From Chthonomonadales bacterium (GTDB lineage Bacteria; Armatimonadota; Chthonomonadetes; Chthonomonadales; CAJBBX01), in NCBI GenBank assembly GCA_037443035.1, contig JBBIPC010000001.1:64001-128000 (forward strand): a stretch of DNA of 64,000 bases, given 5' to 3'. The position numbers and the translations under genes were made by a program. The notes beneath the pieces were generated by a model. It was given only the letters and a program-made list of their open reading frames with translations. It ran no database searches and was not told the origin of the DNA. Numbering within the stretch: the first letter of the stretch is position 1; each line of letters begins with the position of its first letter. Shown piece by piece: positions 37,002 to 47,232 of this stretch.

Positions 37002-38405
37002 ATGACCAGTGAAGCTGCGGCTTCGCCACCTTCCAGTCTGGCCCGCTGGAAGGTGCTGATCGGGGCCATCGTCGTCCAACTGATCCTCGGAACCGTCTAC
37101 GGATACAGCATCTTCTGGCAGCCCCTCGAAGAAAGACTCTATCCTCGGGACTTCATCTCCCAGTCCGAACAGACGAAGCTCGTAAGCGCGGGCAAGGAGG
37201 TCCCGCGCGGGGTTGTCGTTCTTCCTGACGACGCAGCGAAGAAACGCCACGACGAACGGCAGGCGCCACTCAAGTATGCTTTCGCCGTGGCGATTCTCTC
37301 CTTCGCTCTCTTCATGGTTCCCGCGGGTCGCCTGCAAGATGCGAGGGGCCCCAGGCTCCCCGCTCTCATTGGAGGAATACTTCTGGGAATCGCATTCCTC
37401 GTGGAAGGGGCTGTGTTGTCGACGGGTGTGGTGCAGGGTGTGGGAGCCAATACCGTCGTCCTCCTGTTGACCGTCGGCCTCATGGCCGGCGCGGGTATCG
37501 GCTTCGCCTACGTCTGTCCCATTGCAGCCCTTGTCAAGTGGTTTCCGCAAGCCAAGGGCCTCGTCTCGGGACTTGCGGTGGCTGGCTTCGGCTTTGGCGC
37601 TTACCTATACAGCAACAAGGACCTGCCGTTCGGCGGGAGCGTCTTCTTGCGGGAACACGGGGTCGCTACGTTTTTCCTCGTGCACGGAACGGTCGCCCTC
37701 GTTGCCGTTCTCATCGGGGCCCTGATGTTGAGCAATCCGCCCGGGACACCGCCCAAAGCACCTGCGGAGAGCGAAGCGAAGGAGCTTCTTCGGAATCCTG
37801 GTTTCTACATGCTATGGGTGATGTTCTTTAGCGGAGCATTAGCGGGCCTAACGGTCATCGGTGTAGCGAAAGGTTTCGCGGGTGAACAGCTAATAGCGGC
37901 CGCAGCCGGATCACTAAGTGCGGACGATCGGAAGCGTCTCATGGAGCAGGGCGCGTTGGCGGTGGGTTCACTGGCGATCTTCAACGCTATCGGCCGAATC
38001 GTCTGGGGTACTCTGTCCGACCGAATCGGTCGGACGCTCGCGTTCGTCGCTATGTTCGCGTTTCAAGCGGTCATGATGTTCGTGCTGCCATCTCTCAGAG
38101 CGGAAACAGCCATTGCACTGGGTACCGGACTGGTGGGGTTCAACTTCGGAGGCAATTTCGCGCTGTTCCCATCGGCAACAGCGGATCTGTTCGGAGCCAA
38201 GAACCTCGGCGCGAATTATGCACTGGTGTTTACTTCGTATGGTGTGGCAGGTGTTGCAGGGATCTATGCCGCGAACACGGCCAAGGACCTAACCGGTAGC
38301 TACGCTGGAGCGTTCGCCGTCTGCGGGGTCCTATGCGTCCTGTCATGCCTGCTTGCCATAGCTCTCCACGTGTGGAGGACAAGGAACATTCCGGCGAGTG
38401 TATGA
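37002..38405 (+). CDS. OFA (oxalate/formate antiporter) family MFS transporter
   Basis: LGTVYGYSIF, GRLQDARGPR, KWFP..KGLVSGLAVAGFG, FNAIGRIVWGTLSDRIGR, FGAKNLGANY. Confidence 0.9.
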   Translation: MTSEAAASPPSSLARWKVLIGAIVVQLILGTVYGYSIFWQPLEERLYPRDFISQSEQTKLVSAGKEVPRGVVVLPDDAAKKRHDERQAPLKYAFAVAILSFALFMVPAGRLQDARGPRLPALIGGILLGIAFLVEGAVLSTGVVQGVGANTVVLLLTVGLMAGAGIGFAYVCPIAALVKWFPQAKGLVSGLAVAGFGFGAYLYSNKDLPFGGSVFLREHGVATFFLVHGTVALVAVLIGALMLSNPPGTPPKAPAESEAKELLRNPGFYMLWVMFFSGALAGLTVIGVAKGFAGEQLIAAAAGSLSADDRKRLMEQGALAVGSLAIFNAIGRIVWGTLSDRIGRTLAFVAMFAFQAVMMFVLPSLRAETAIALGTGLVGFNFGGNFALFPSATADLFGAKNLGANYALVFTSYGVAGVAGIYAANTAKDLTGSYAGAFAVCGVLCVLSCLLAIALHVWRTRNIPASV

Positions 38406-38551
38406 ACCGCCGAAATCTGAGCAACGCGCTGCGATGGTTGGATAGTGAGGGAGTGACCGGCATGTCGAACGTCGCAGCGGAGACATGTGCGAACGTACAA
38501 ACACTTGCGTGGGCAAGGAGCTCGCGCGACTGAATGGAGGTCAACCAGATA

Positions 38552-40513
38552 ATGTCAGAAGTGCCAAAGACCACCGAGAGCCTGCTTGCAGAGGCCCGGA
38601 CCTTTCCGCCGGATCCTGCGTTCACGGCGCAGGCCAACGCAGACGACCCGGCAATCTACGACCGAGCCAAAGCAGACCCCGAGGGGTTCTGGGCGTCTTT
38701 CGCAGAGGAACTGGACTGGTTCGAGAAGTGGACCAAGGTCCTGGAGTGGAACTGTCCTCACGCGCAATGGTTCGTGAACGGCAAGATCAACGTCTCGTAC
38801 AACTGCGTGGATCGCCATGCCAAGGGAGCGAAGAAGGACAAGGTCGCCATCATCTTCGAAGGCGAACCTGGTGACGTTCGCAAGCTTACCTATGGCGACC
38901 TATACGTCGAAGTGAACAAGTTCGCCAACGTGCTGCGGAGCCTGGGTGTCAAGAAGGGCGATCGCGTCGCCATCTACCTGCCGATGATCCCTGAGCTGCC
39001 CATTGCGATGTTGGCGTGCACGCGCATCGGCGCGCCACATTCGGTCGTCTTCGGTGGGTTCTCGACGGAGTCCCTGCGTGAGCGCGTTGTCGATTCCGGA
39101 GCGAAGGTGCTCATCACTGCAGATGGTGGCTGGCGACGCGGGAACGTCGTGCCGTTGAAGAAGACGTCCGACGAGGCGCTGCAAGAATGCCCGGAGGTGG
39201 AGAAAGTCGTCGTCGTCCAGCGGATCGGCGCCGAGAAGTGCCCCGTGCACATGGAGCCTGGCCGGGATGTGTGGTGGCACGAAGCGATGGCGGGCGCATC
39301 CGCGGAATGTGCACCGGAGAAGTGCGACGCAGAAGACACGCTGTTCATTCTCTACACTTCTGGGTCCACAGGCAAGCCGAAGGGCATCCAGCACACTACT
39401 GGCGGCTACCTTACTGGCGTCTACGCTACAACGAAGCTCATCTTTGACCTCAAGGATAACGACATCTTCTGGTGCACAGCGGATGTGGGCTGGGTCACGG
39501 GTCATTCCTACATCGTCTATGGCCCCCTAGCCAACGGTGCGACTGTGGTCATGTACGAGGGTTCGCCGGACACACCGGGCCGTGACCGGTTCTGGCGGAT
39601 TATCGAGAAGCACAAGGTAACGGTGTTCTACACCGCACCGACGGCCATCCGCACGTTCATGAAGTGGGGCGATGATCTGCCGAAGGCTTGTGACCTCTCG
39701 TCGCTGCGACTAATGGGGTCTGTGGGTGAGCCGATCAACCCAGAGGCATGGCTCTGGTATCACAGCGTGATCGGCGGTGGCAAGCTCCCCATTGTAGACA
39801 CATGGTGGCAGACCGAGACCGGTCACATCATGATCAGTCCGCTGCCCGGCCTCGTTGCGCTCAAACCCGGTTCTGCGACGCGGCCGTTCCCAGGTATCGC
39901 AGCAGAAGTCGTAGATGATGCCGGAAATCCGATGCCTGCGGGACAGAAGGGCTATCTGGTTGTCACGCAGCCGTGGCCTGGAATGTTGAGAACTCTCTGG
40001 AAGGACGACGCCCGCTACCAGCAGGTCTATTGGAGCCGGTTCCCTGGACGCTACTTGACGGGCGACGGTGCCGTGCGCGATGAGGATGGCTACTTCTGGC
40101 TCATGGGACGTGTGGACGACATCATGCTGGTGGCAGGCCACAACATCAGCACGATGGAGCTGGAGAGCGCCTTGGTCGAGCATCCTGCGGTGGCCGAGGC
40201 TGCAGTGATCGGCAAGTCCCACGATGTGAAGGGACAGTCCCCTGTGGCGTTCGTCATCGTTCGTGAAGGCTACCATGGTGACGACGCTCTCGCGGCGGAG
40301 CTGAAGAAGTTCGTGGGTAACAAGCTGGGACCCGTCTGTCGTCCCGACGACATCATCTTCACGGCAGACCTTCCGAAAACGCGTAGCGGCAAGATCATGC
40401 GGCGCTTGCTTCGCGACATCGCGGAAGGCCGCGTTCTCGGCGATACGACAACCCTGGCGGATCCCCATGTCGTTGCGAGTCTGAAGGACAAGTACTCCAG
40501 CGACGAAGGCTAG
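38552..40513 (+). CDS. acs: AMP-forming acetyl-CoA synthetase
   Basis: [54 protein letters not shown]; alternative start 38534. Confidence 0.97.
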   Translation: MSEVPKTTESLLAEARTFPPDPAFTAQANADDPAIYDRAKADPEGFWASFAEELDWFEKWTKVLEWNCPHAQWFVNGKINVSYNCVDRHAKGAKKDKVAIIFEGEPGDVRKLTYGDLYVEVNKFANVLRSLGVKKGDRVAIYLPMIPELPIAMLACTRIGAPHSVVFGGFSTESLRERVVDSGAKVLITADGGWRRGNVVPLKKTSDEALQECPEVEKVVVVQRIGAEKCPVHMEPGRDVWWHEAMAGASAECAPEKCDAEDTLFILYTSGSTGKPKGIQHTTGGYLTGVYATTKLIFDLKDNDIFWCTADVGWVTGHSYIVYGPLANGATVVMYEGSPDTPGRDRFWRIIEKHKVTVFYTAPTAIRTFMKWGDDLPKACDLSSLRLMGSVGEPINPEAWLWYHSVIGGGKLPIVDTWWQTETGHIMISPLPGLVALKPGSATRPFPGIAAEVVDDAGNPMPAGQKGYLVVTQPWPGMLRTLWKDDARYQQVYWSRFPGRYLTGDGAVRDEDGYFWLMGRVDDIMLVAGHNISTMELESALVEHPAVAEAAVIGKSHDVKGQSPVAFVIVREGYHGDDALAAELKKFVGNKLGPVCRPDDIIFTADLPKTRSGKIMRRLLRDIAEGRVLGDTTTLADPHVVASLKDKYSSDEG

Positions 40514-40523
40514 GTCGAAGGTC

Positions 40524-40608
40524 ACTGGGCAGTCTCGAGAGGTTGACGCGAGGCTGCCCAGTTGTCCAATGCAGAGACGGCGAGCCAACGGCGGGCAATC
40601 GCCGTCTC
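40524..40608 (+). other. Two consecutive intergenic hairpins between acs and the porin gene
   Basis: ACTGGGCAGTCTCG...CGAGGCTGCCCAGT and GAGACGGCGA...TCGCCGTCTC. Confidence 0.45.
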
Positions 40609-40628
40609 GTTCGTAAGGAGGACACGCA

Positions 40629-41654
40629 GTGTACGTTACACGCATTCAAATCGCCGCACGTTCCATTTTGGGGCTAGTTGCCGTATTCGTCGGCACGACT
40701 GTTGCCTATGCCGCGGATGCACCAGCGGCCAAGCCGTGGTACGAGCGCATCACCGTCAAGGGGTACGTCCAGGTCGACGCGATCTTCCCTCAGGGCAACG
40801 CGGTTCAGGGCCCGTACTCCAACTTCAGGATTCGCAGGGCGAGGCCCACCATCATCGCGCCCCTTGATGATCTCACCAGAGTCCAGGTCCAGGTAGATGC
40901 CGGGAGTGGCAAAGCGGGCTCAGGCCAGTCCACCGTGATCGTTACGGACACATTCGCGGAACGCAGTATCCAGGGGCTCGGCTTAGTACGTGTCGGCCAG
41001 TACTTGCTACCGTTCGGATCGGAGATATACGAGGACAACGCGGCCCTCCGGTCGCCCCTCGAGCTGTCCTTTGCTGCCGAGAGCATAGCGCTCGCAGAGC
41101 GCGACATCGGCATTACGCTCCAGTCCTCACCCAATCCGGCAGATCGAACCCACTGGGCGGTTGCCGTCTTCAATGGTCAAGGCTTTCGGTCTGCTGACGG
41201 CAACGCGAACAAGACCATTGTCGGTCGAATCGCCCAGGACCTATGTCCTGAGGTGAGAGTGGGCGTCTCTGGAATTCTTGGCAGCTACACGGCGGTAGAC
41301 AAGAAAGAATACGACAGGCACGTGCTCGGTGTCGAGCTGCACGCGAAGACGGGTTCGGCCGGCAAGCTAACTGGCGAGTTCTACAATGCGCGCTTTGTAA
41401 ACAGCACGACATCGGCCACGCCGTCTGCCGCTAGGTTCAACGGGGGATACCTTCTCTTCGAAGGAAACGTACCATCTCTCAAGAGCTTTCCGTTCGTTCG
41501 GTACCAGCGCACCTATGGCGACATCGAGTATCGGTCCATTGATATCGGTTGGCGTTACCAGTACTCGCCCAATCAGCGCCTTGTCGCCGAGTACGATTTC
41601 GTCAAGGGGCACCAGAGGGACAGCTTTGGCGTCCGCTGGCAGTTGGGGTTCTAG
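40629..41654 (+). CDS. Outer-membrane porin, OprO/OprP-like
   Basis: Signal peptide; FRIRRARP, VGQY.LPFG.E, ERDIG; C-terminal beta-signal WQLGF. Confidence 0.75.
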   Translation: MYVTRIQIAARSILGLVAVFVGTTVAYAADAPAAKPWYERITVKGYVQVDAIFPQGNAVQGPYSNFRIRRARPTIIAPLDDLTRVQVQVDAGSGKAGSGQSTVIVTDTFAERSIQGLGLVRVGQYLLPFGSEIYEDNAALRSPLELSFAAESIALAERDIGITLQSSPNPADRTHWAVAVFNGQGFRSADGNANKTIVGRIAQDLCPEVRVGVSGILGSYTAVDKKEYDRHVLGVELHAKTGSAGKLTGEFYNARFVNSTTSATPSAARFNGGYLLFEGNVPSLKSFPFVRYQRTYGDIEYRSIDIGWRYQYSPNQRLVAEYDFVKGHQRDSFGVRWQLGF

Positions 41655-41779
41655 CCTGCTAGATACCTGCTCAGTGGTGGGTGCAGGCCGCTGTGTGAAG
41701 AACGTGGTGGAGACGTGGTGCCAGTCTGGCGATGAGCGTTGGGCCGGGCTGGCACCCGCGTCTGCGTTGGATCAGTGCC

Positions 41780-43669
41780 ATGGATAGTCAGGAACTCTAC
41801 AGACAGAAGCTCGTGAGCCCTGCCCGTGCTGTGGCGCCCATTCGCTCGGGCAAGCGCGTGTTCGTAGGCGGAGGAGCGGCAGAGCCACAGACGTTAGTCG
41901 AGGCCCTCGTGGCGCGGGCAAGCCGCCTAGCGGACACGGAGATCGTCAACGTCCTCACACTTGGGGTAGCGCTCTACACCGAGGAGCACTTCGCCAATCA
42001 CTTCAGGTGCAACTCGTTCTTCGTCGGACCTAATACCAGGGCCGCGGTGAATGAGTGCCGGGCGGACTACACACCCGTGTTTCTCTCCGAGCTTCCTGGG
42101 CTCTTCCGTCGGGGGCAGATACCCCTGGATTGGGCGCTAGTACAGGTCTCGCCACCCGATCCGCACGGATACTGCAGCCTGGGCGTCTCTGTGGATGTCG
42201 TGAAGGCAGCAGTCGAAAGCGCCCACCATGTTGTGGCCGAGGTGAACCGCCAGATGCCTCGGACGCTCGGGGACAGCTTCGTACACGTGAGTCGGTTCGA
42301 CGCCCTTGTCGAATCCGATCGTCCCTTGCCCGAGTTGCAGCAACCGAAGCTCGACGAAGTCATGGAGCGCATTGGCCGACATGTCGCAGACCTCATCGAA
42401 GACGGTGCTACGATCCAGACTGGAATCGGTGGAATCCCGGACGCCGTGCTGGCCTGCCTGAAGGACAAACACGACCTAGGCATGCACACAGAGATGTTCA
42501 GTGACGGTATCATGGCATTGGTGGAAGCGGGCGTCCTCACCGGACGCAAGAAGACACTGCACCCCGGCAAGATCCTAGCAACCTTCTGCATCGGAAGCGC
42601 GGATCTGTACCGTTTCGTGGATAACAACCCCGGCATCGAGTTCCGCCCGACGGAATACGTGAACGATCCCTATGTGATTGCGCAGAACGACCGTATGGTT
42701 GCTATCAACAGTGCCATCGAGGTGGATCTCACTGGTCAAGTCTGCGCCGACTCGTTCGGCGAGTACTTCTACAGCGGCATCGGTGGTCAGATGGACTTTC
42801 TCCGTGGAGCAGCGCGCAGCCGCGGCGGCAAGCCCATCATCGCCATGCCTTCGACTGCTACGCTCGCTGACGGCACGGTCATCTCTAGGATTGTCCCGAG
42901 CCTGAAGCCAGGCGCAGGTGTCGTTACCTCGCGTGGTGACGTCTGGTACGTAGTCACGGAGTACGGAACGGCGTACCTGCACGGAAAGACGATTCGGGAG
43001 CGTGCGATGGCGCTCATCAGCATTGCCCATCCGGATTTCCGGAAAGAGCTGCTGCACGCCGCGCGCGAACGGAGGCTGGTGACGGTCGAGACGACAGAAC
43101 TGGCGCTGACGCCTCGGTATCCTGAGGAATTGGAGGAGACACGGCGGCTCAGCGACGGCACCGAAGTGTTCGTTCGACCGATCAAAGTGACCGATGAAGG
43201 GCTGATCCGAGAGTTCCACTACCAGTTGTCCGAAGAGACTGTATATCGGCGGTACCGGCGGCCGCTCAAGGCGCTTCCGCACCGCGAGCGGATCCGCCTG
43301 GTCAACGTGGACTACGACCGGGAGATGGCTTTGGTGGTTGTTGTGAGGCATGACGGCAGAGAGGAACTCCTCGGCGTTGGTCGGTACTACGTTGATGAGG
43401 AGACACGTATCGCTGAAATGGCCTTCACAGTGAGAGACGACTGGCAGGATCGTGGTATAGGTTCACTGCTCATGAGCAAGCTGCTGGATGTGGCAAGGAG
43501 CCGCGATCTGGCCGGCGTCGAGGCGCATACTCAGGCTGACAACCACAGGATGATTGCCATACTCATGCGGAGCGGTTTTCTAGCCGTGGGTGAGGATCAC
43601 GAGGACAACACGACGCACTGGCGGCTGATGCTGCGCGAGCAACCGTCACGTCCTCCGGAGGGCGCTTGA
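41780..43669 (+). CDS. Acetyl-CoA hydrolase/4-hydroxybutyrate CoA-transferase fused to a Pat-like GNAT acetyltransferase
   Basis: PDPHGYCSLGVS, QTGIGGIPD, HTEMFSDG, EVDLTGQ, SGIGGQMDF; C-terminal VRPI..TD, DYDREMAL, AEMAFTVRDDWQDRGIG, DN.RM. Confidence 0.9.
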   Translation: MDSQELYRQKLVSPARAVAPIRSGKRVFVGGGAAEPQTLVEALVARASRLADTEIVNVLTLGVALYTEEHFANHFRCNSFFVGPNTRAAVNECRADYTPVFLSELPGLFRRGQIPLDWALVQVSPPDPHGYCSLGVSVDVVKAAVESAHHVVAEVNRQMPRTLGDSFVHVSRFDALVESDRPLPELQQPKLDEVMERIGRHVADLIEDGATIQTGIGGIPDAVLACLKDKHDLGMHTEMFSDGIMALVEAGVLTGRKKTLHPGKILATFCIGSADLYRFVDNNPGIEFRPTEYVNDPYVIAQNDRMVAINSAIEVDLTGQVCADSFGEYFYSGIGGQMDFLRGAARSRGGKPIIAMPSTATLADGTVISRIVPSLKPGAGVVTSRGDVWYVVTEYGTAYLHGKTIRERAMALISIAHPDFRKELLHAARERRLVTVETTELALTPRYPEELEETRRLSDGTEVFVRPIKVTDEGLIREFHYQLSEETVYRRYRRPLKALPHRERIRLVNVDYDREMALVVVVRHDGREELLGVGRYYVDEETRIAEMAFTVRDDWQDRGIGSLLMSKLLDVARSRDLAGVEAHTQADNHRMIAILMRSGFLAVGEDHEDNTTHWRLMLREQPSRPPEGA

Positions 43670-43694
43670 CGGATGCTCGCTTACGTGCTACATT
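43666..43694 (+). promoter_or_regulatory. Sigma70 promoter overlapping the upstream stop codon
   Basis: TTGACG-17nt-TACATT with extended TG. Confidence 0.6.
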
Positions 43695-43724
43695 CGTGAG
43701 GATAGCGATGGAGCAGGAGGGAGT

Positions 43725-45131
43725 GTGGGGGTGAGACAATTCGGTCGTCCCTTGGGAGTGGCAATCGGAGTGCAAGGGCTGGTGGCGGCTTGGCTCATGG
43801 CGACGGCGTCGGCAGTAGCTGCGCAACAGGGAGAGGGGCAGACACAGGTGACCGCCGTTCAGCCAGCAGTCGTCATCAACTATCGAGAGCGCCCGCGAAT
43901 GCCTTTCGATCCGCAGCGTCTGAAGCTCCGTCCCGTGATTGACGGTGATATAGGCGCAACGGAATGGACGCCGCTGTACACCGTCAGTGAGGGACCGGTG
44001 ACCGGAACTGTCTACATGAACTGGGACGATGATAACGTCTACCTCGCTGCTCGGACGAATCAGGTCGGGTGGATGGTTGTGGACTTGGACGCCGCGGGCG
44101 ATGGCTGGTTGCGTGGCGCAGACAACCTCGAAATCGCTGTCGCACCCCTAGGCGCCAGCGGCACGCCGCCGCTCACTGCGCGCCTGCTCGATGCCGTGGC
44201 GAATCGCGACGTGCCTGCGTGGAATACGAGTGTGGTCAGCCCGCAGCAGATCCAGTGTGTCGTGAGGCAGAACGGCGGAGGCCAGTCGGTCGAGATGGCG
44301 ATTCCGCGGGGGGTGGCAGGTGTTACTCCGCGTGAAGGTGCCCAGATGGGAGTGCGCGTGGATTTCCTGCCTACCGGGACGGTACCCGCGGCCACGGCAC
44401 CGTACGAGCCTCACCTTCTCTTGGACGTTACGCTCGTGGAGTCTCGTTCGACTGGTGTGACAGGTGTTGTGCCGCGGCTATCGTTGGAAGACAGCGAGCT
44501 CGTGCCTGGTCAGGTCTTGCATGCAACCCTGGACCTGGTCAATCAGGTGGACACGCGGCGCACGGTGAGATCGGTCACCTGGACCGGTGTCGGGCCTGCG
44601 CAGAACTACGTGAAGCTGCTGCGCGAAGTGAATATCCCCCCCGTCCTCGGACTCAAGACGCTCCGCCTTCGCTACGCGACCCCTCTGCCCGAAGCTACCG
44701 TGCCAGGGTTCTATCAGTTGACGGTTTCGGCGGTGCTCGATGACGGTTCCGAAGTGAGTGCCACAGCGAGTTTCTCCGTTGTCGAGGCGTTCACGATCCA
44801 ATTGGATGCTGATCCGCTGGACATTGCCCTGATCGGGCCGACGAATGTGAAGGTGACGGCAATCGTGTCTTCGGCGGCACCAGGGTTCAAGAAGGCAGAG
44901 GTGACCCTTTCGCCACCTGCAAGTTGGGAGCTGAAAGGAAAGCCACGGCGCAGCGTCAACATCCACCGCGAGAACGGAGTCGGTCGGGTTACGTACGGGC
45001 TGACGATTCCGTCGGTCACTCAGACCGGCGAGTACCGCGTCTCTGCCGAGGTAACGTGGCGGGGACGGAGCTGGGCGGCACATCGCACCATCAAGGTGAC
45101 GCGCGTCGAGCAGTCACGTCAGGCACCGTGA
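43725..45131 (+). CDS. Secreted protein with CBM9/DOMON-like N-domain and Ig-like repeats
   Basis: Signal peptide; PVIDGDI..TEW, WDDDNVYLA, EMAIP; C-terminal 'LSPPASW...LTIP..TQTGEYRVSA' (NEW3-like). Confidence 0.55.
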   Translation: MGVRQFGRPLGVAIGVQGLVAAWLMATASAVAAQQGEGQTQVTAVQPAVVINYRERPRMPFDPQRLKLRPVIDGDIGATEWTPLYTVSEGPVTGTVYMNWDDDNVYLAARTNQVGWMVVDLDAAGDGWLRGADNLEIAVAPLGASGTPPLTARLLDAVANRDVPAWNTSVVSPQQIQCVVRQNGGGQSVEMAIPRGVAGVTPREGAQMGVRVDFLPTGTVPAATAPYEPHLLLDVTLVESRSTGVTGVVPRLSLEDSELVPGQVLHATLDLVNQVDTRRTVRSVTWTGVGPAQNYVKLLREVNIPPVLGLKTLRLRYATPLPEATVPGFYQLTVSAVLDDGSEVSATASFSVVEAFTIQLDADPLDIALIGPTNVKVTAIVSSAAPGFKKAEVTLSPPASWELKGKPRRSVNIHRENGVGRVTYGLTIPSVTQTGEYRVSAEVTWRGRSWAAHRTIKVTRVEQSRQAP

Positions 45132-45156
45132 GCATGTAGGCCAAGGACCGTCCGCT

Positions 45157-47232
45157 ATGGTTCCCGCCCGGGCGAGGAATGCTGTTGATGGTTCCTGGGT
45201 GGGGGGCAGAGCGCTCGCCATCTGGTTCCTCTTAGTTGCCGCTTGCCCTATCTCTGCCGACGGGGACCGCGACTTTGTGCGCCTTGGTGGCATCGGAACC
45301 GGGTGGATCTCCATTGGCAAAGATGCTACGTTCGGACCGGTCTTAGGGAGCCCGATCGGCATGGAACCGGTGGGCGTCGGGCCGGGGAGCTTCGCTGCTC
45401 TGTGGACAGAGGCAGGGGGAGTGCGAGCGTCGCGCGTTCTCGCAGGCACAAGCGGCTATGGCTTGCCTGTGAGTCGCCAGATCCGTAGCGGTGCGCACTT
45501 TCCCTTCGCGGATGTAACATTCGCCGACGACGACCTTCCCGTCCGGGTAGAGCTTCGCGCGTTCGTGCCAGTTCTCATACACGACGCGACGGCTTCGAAT
45601 CTGCCATGTGCGGTGCTTGTCTACCGGCTCGAGAATGTCGCACGAGCACCTGTGCAGGCCGCCGTGGCAATGAGCTGGGAGACGATGCTCGGCAGGCCTG
45701 GAAGGAGCAGACGGGGCGTGCCTCTCGAGGACGTCGCTGTGCGCCGAATCCCTCCTAGCGACGGTGCTGTGGGATTCAGGTTCGATGGACCGGAACTAAG
45801 GGACGAACTGGTTCGGGATCTTCGGGTGCACAACGCGCGTGGCTCGGAGGCTGTCCTGGCAGAATACCCTCCTGCAGCGGATGCCAGCACGGCGGTATGG
45901 GACGTTTTCGAGGCGCAACCTTCGTGGTGGCCTGAGTTCGCCGACCGTGGTCAGGTCTCAGTCGCTGGCGTTCAGCATACGCCAGGAGAGGGTATGGCAG
46001 CAGCATGCGTGGCCATACGCCTGGCACTCAAGGCTGGTGAGACGAAGGAGATCGCCTTTGCCGTCGCATGGTACCGTCCTCGGCTGTACGACGGCGCCGG
46101 GCAGGCATGGGTGCCTGCCTACGCGCGGCGGTTTGCCGATGCCCAGGCGGTGGCCACGAATGTCTTGAAAGACCGGCGCATGTATGCGACGTTGTCAGAG
46201 GAATGGCAAGTCGCTGTCAGACGGTCGCCTCTAGGGGCGTCGCGCGTCGAGGCGCTTGCTGCCGAGCTAGAAGAGATGGCCGCATGTTCGTTCTACGGTT
46301 TCCCGGACAGGGACGAGAGACGGCCTCCCGTTGCCTTCCGTCTGGCGGGGGATTCCCGCGAGCCGAACGACCTACTTTCCTCGGCTGAGCGTGCGCGGCT
46401 TCAGGGCTGCTTACTGGCAGCCTTCCCGGAGCTAGACGCGCTGGATCTGAGCGAGCGGGTAAGCCGAATAGCGGAGGGCGTCACCAATCGAGCTGAGGAC
46501 GCCGCGCTGGTACGACTAGTCCATCGGCACCTGGAACGCACTCACGACACAGCGTGGTTGACGAGCGTATGGACGAAGATGCGTGTGGTAGTGCAGAGGA
46601 TGTGGGCGGACGGAGAAGCTGGCCCCGCACTGGATTCGTACACGCTGCGCGCACTGCAAGATCTCGCGGCGTCGGCTAACGATAGCAGGCTGGCGGAGGA
46701 ACTGACCGGACGTCTTGCCAAGACGGAGCGACCGTCAGGAATACCTGTGGCAAGTGCCTGGTCGGCATGGGATGAACGACTCGGATGCGCGCTCGATCAG
46801 GGAGGGGTACTCAAGCTATTGCCGAGCGGCCTCGAGGTTGGCCGTATCCTAGCGGGACCGGTGTTCGATCCTGGCTTCATGGCTACGGTGGAATACCGTC
46901 CGCGTCCCGTCGGTCTGGAGGTCAGCTTCCGGGTAGATCGTCTGCTTCGTCCTTCCTCTCGCATGCCCGATACTGCTAGCACTGCAGGGCTGACACTTGC
47001 GGCCCTCGAGGTGCCTTTGCTGGCGGATGCTGCGGCCGTGAAGCCGCAAGTGGTTCTATCTCGTAGGCCGATCGGGGTTGCGTTGGTCACGGTGAGCGGA
47101 CGCGCAGTGCGAATCGACCTCGATACACCGGTGCTCGTTCAGACCGGCGACACGCTCACGGTGAGTCTGGGGAAGACTGTCGCAGACGTGGCTGCAGACG
47201 AAGCAGCTCTGCAGGCCGCTCGCGGTCCTTAG
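45157..47232 (+). CDS. GH116 (GBA2) N-terminal domain protein with a divergent C-terminus
   Basis: LGGIGTG, FPFADVTF.DDDLPVRVELRAF.P, SNLP.AVL.Y.LEN, FAVAWY.P. Confidence 0.7.
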   Translation: MVPARARNAVDGSWVGGRALAIWFLLVAACPISADGDRDFVRLGGIGTGWISIGKDATFGPVLGSPIGMEPVGVGPGSFAALWTEAGGVRASRVLAGTSGYGLPVSRQIRSGAHFPFADVTFADDDLPVRVELRAFVPVLIHDATASNLPCAVLVYRLENVARAPVQAAVAMSWETMLGRPGRSRRGVPLEDVAVRRIPPSDGAVGFRFDGPELRDELVRDLRVHNARGSEAVLAEYPPAADASTAVWDVFEAQPSWWPEFADRGQVSVAGVQHTPGEGMAAACVAIRLALKAGETKEIAFAVAWYRPRLYDGAGQAWVPAYARRFADAQAVATNVLKDRRMYATLSEEWQVAVRRSPLGASRVEALAAELEEMAACSFYGFPDRDERRPPVAFRLAGDSREPNDLLSSAERARLQGCLLAAFPELDALDLSERVSRIAEGVTNRAEDAALVRLVHRHLERTHDTAWLTSVWTKMRVVVQRMWADGEAGPALDSYTLRALQDLAASANDSRLAEELTGRLAKTERPSGIPVASAWSAWDERLGCALDQGGVLKLLPSGLEVGRILAGPVFDPGFMATVEYRPRPVGLEVSFRVDRLLRPSSRMPDTASTAGLTLAALEVPLLADAAAVKPQVVLSRRPIGVALVTVSGRAVRIDLDTPVLVQTGDTLTVSLGKTVADVAADEAALQAARGP

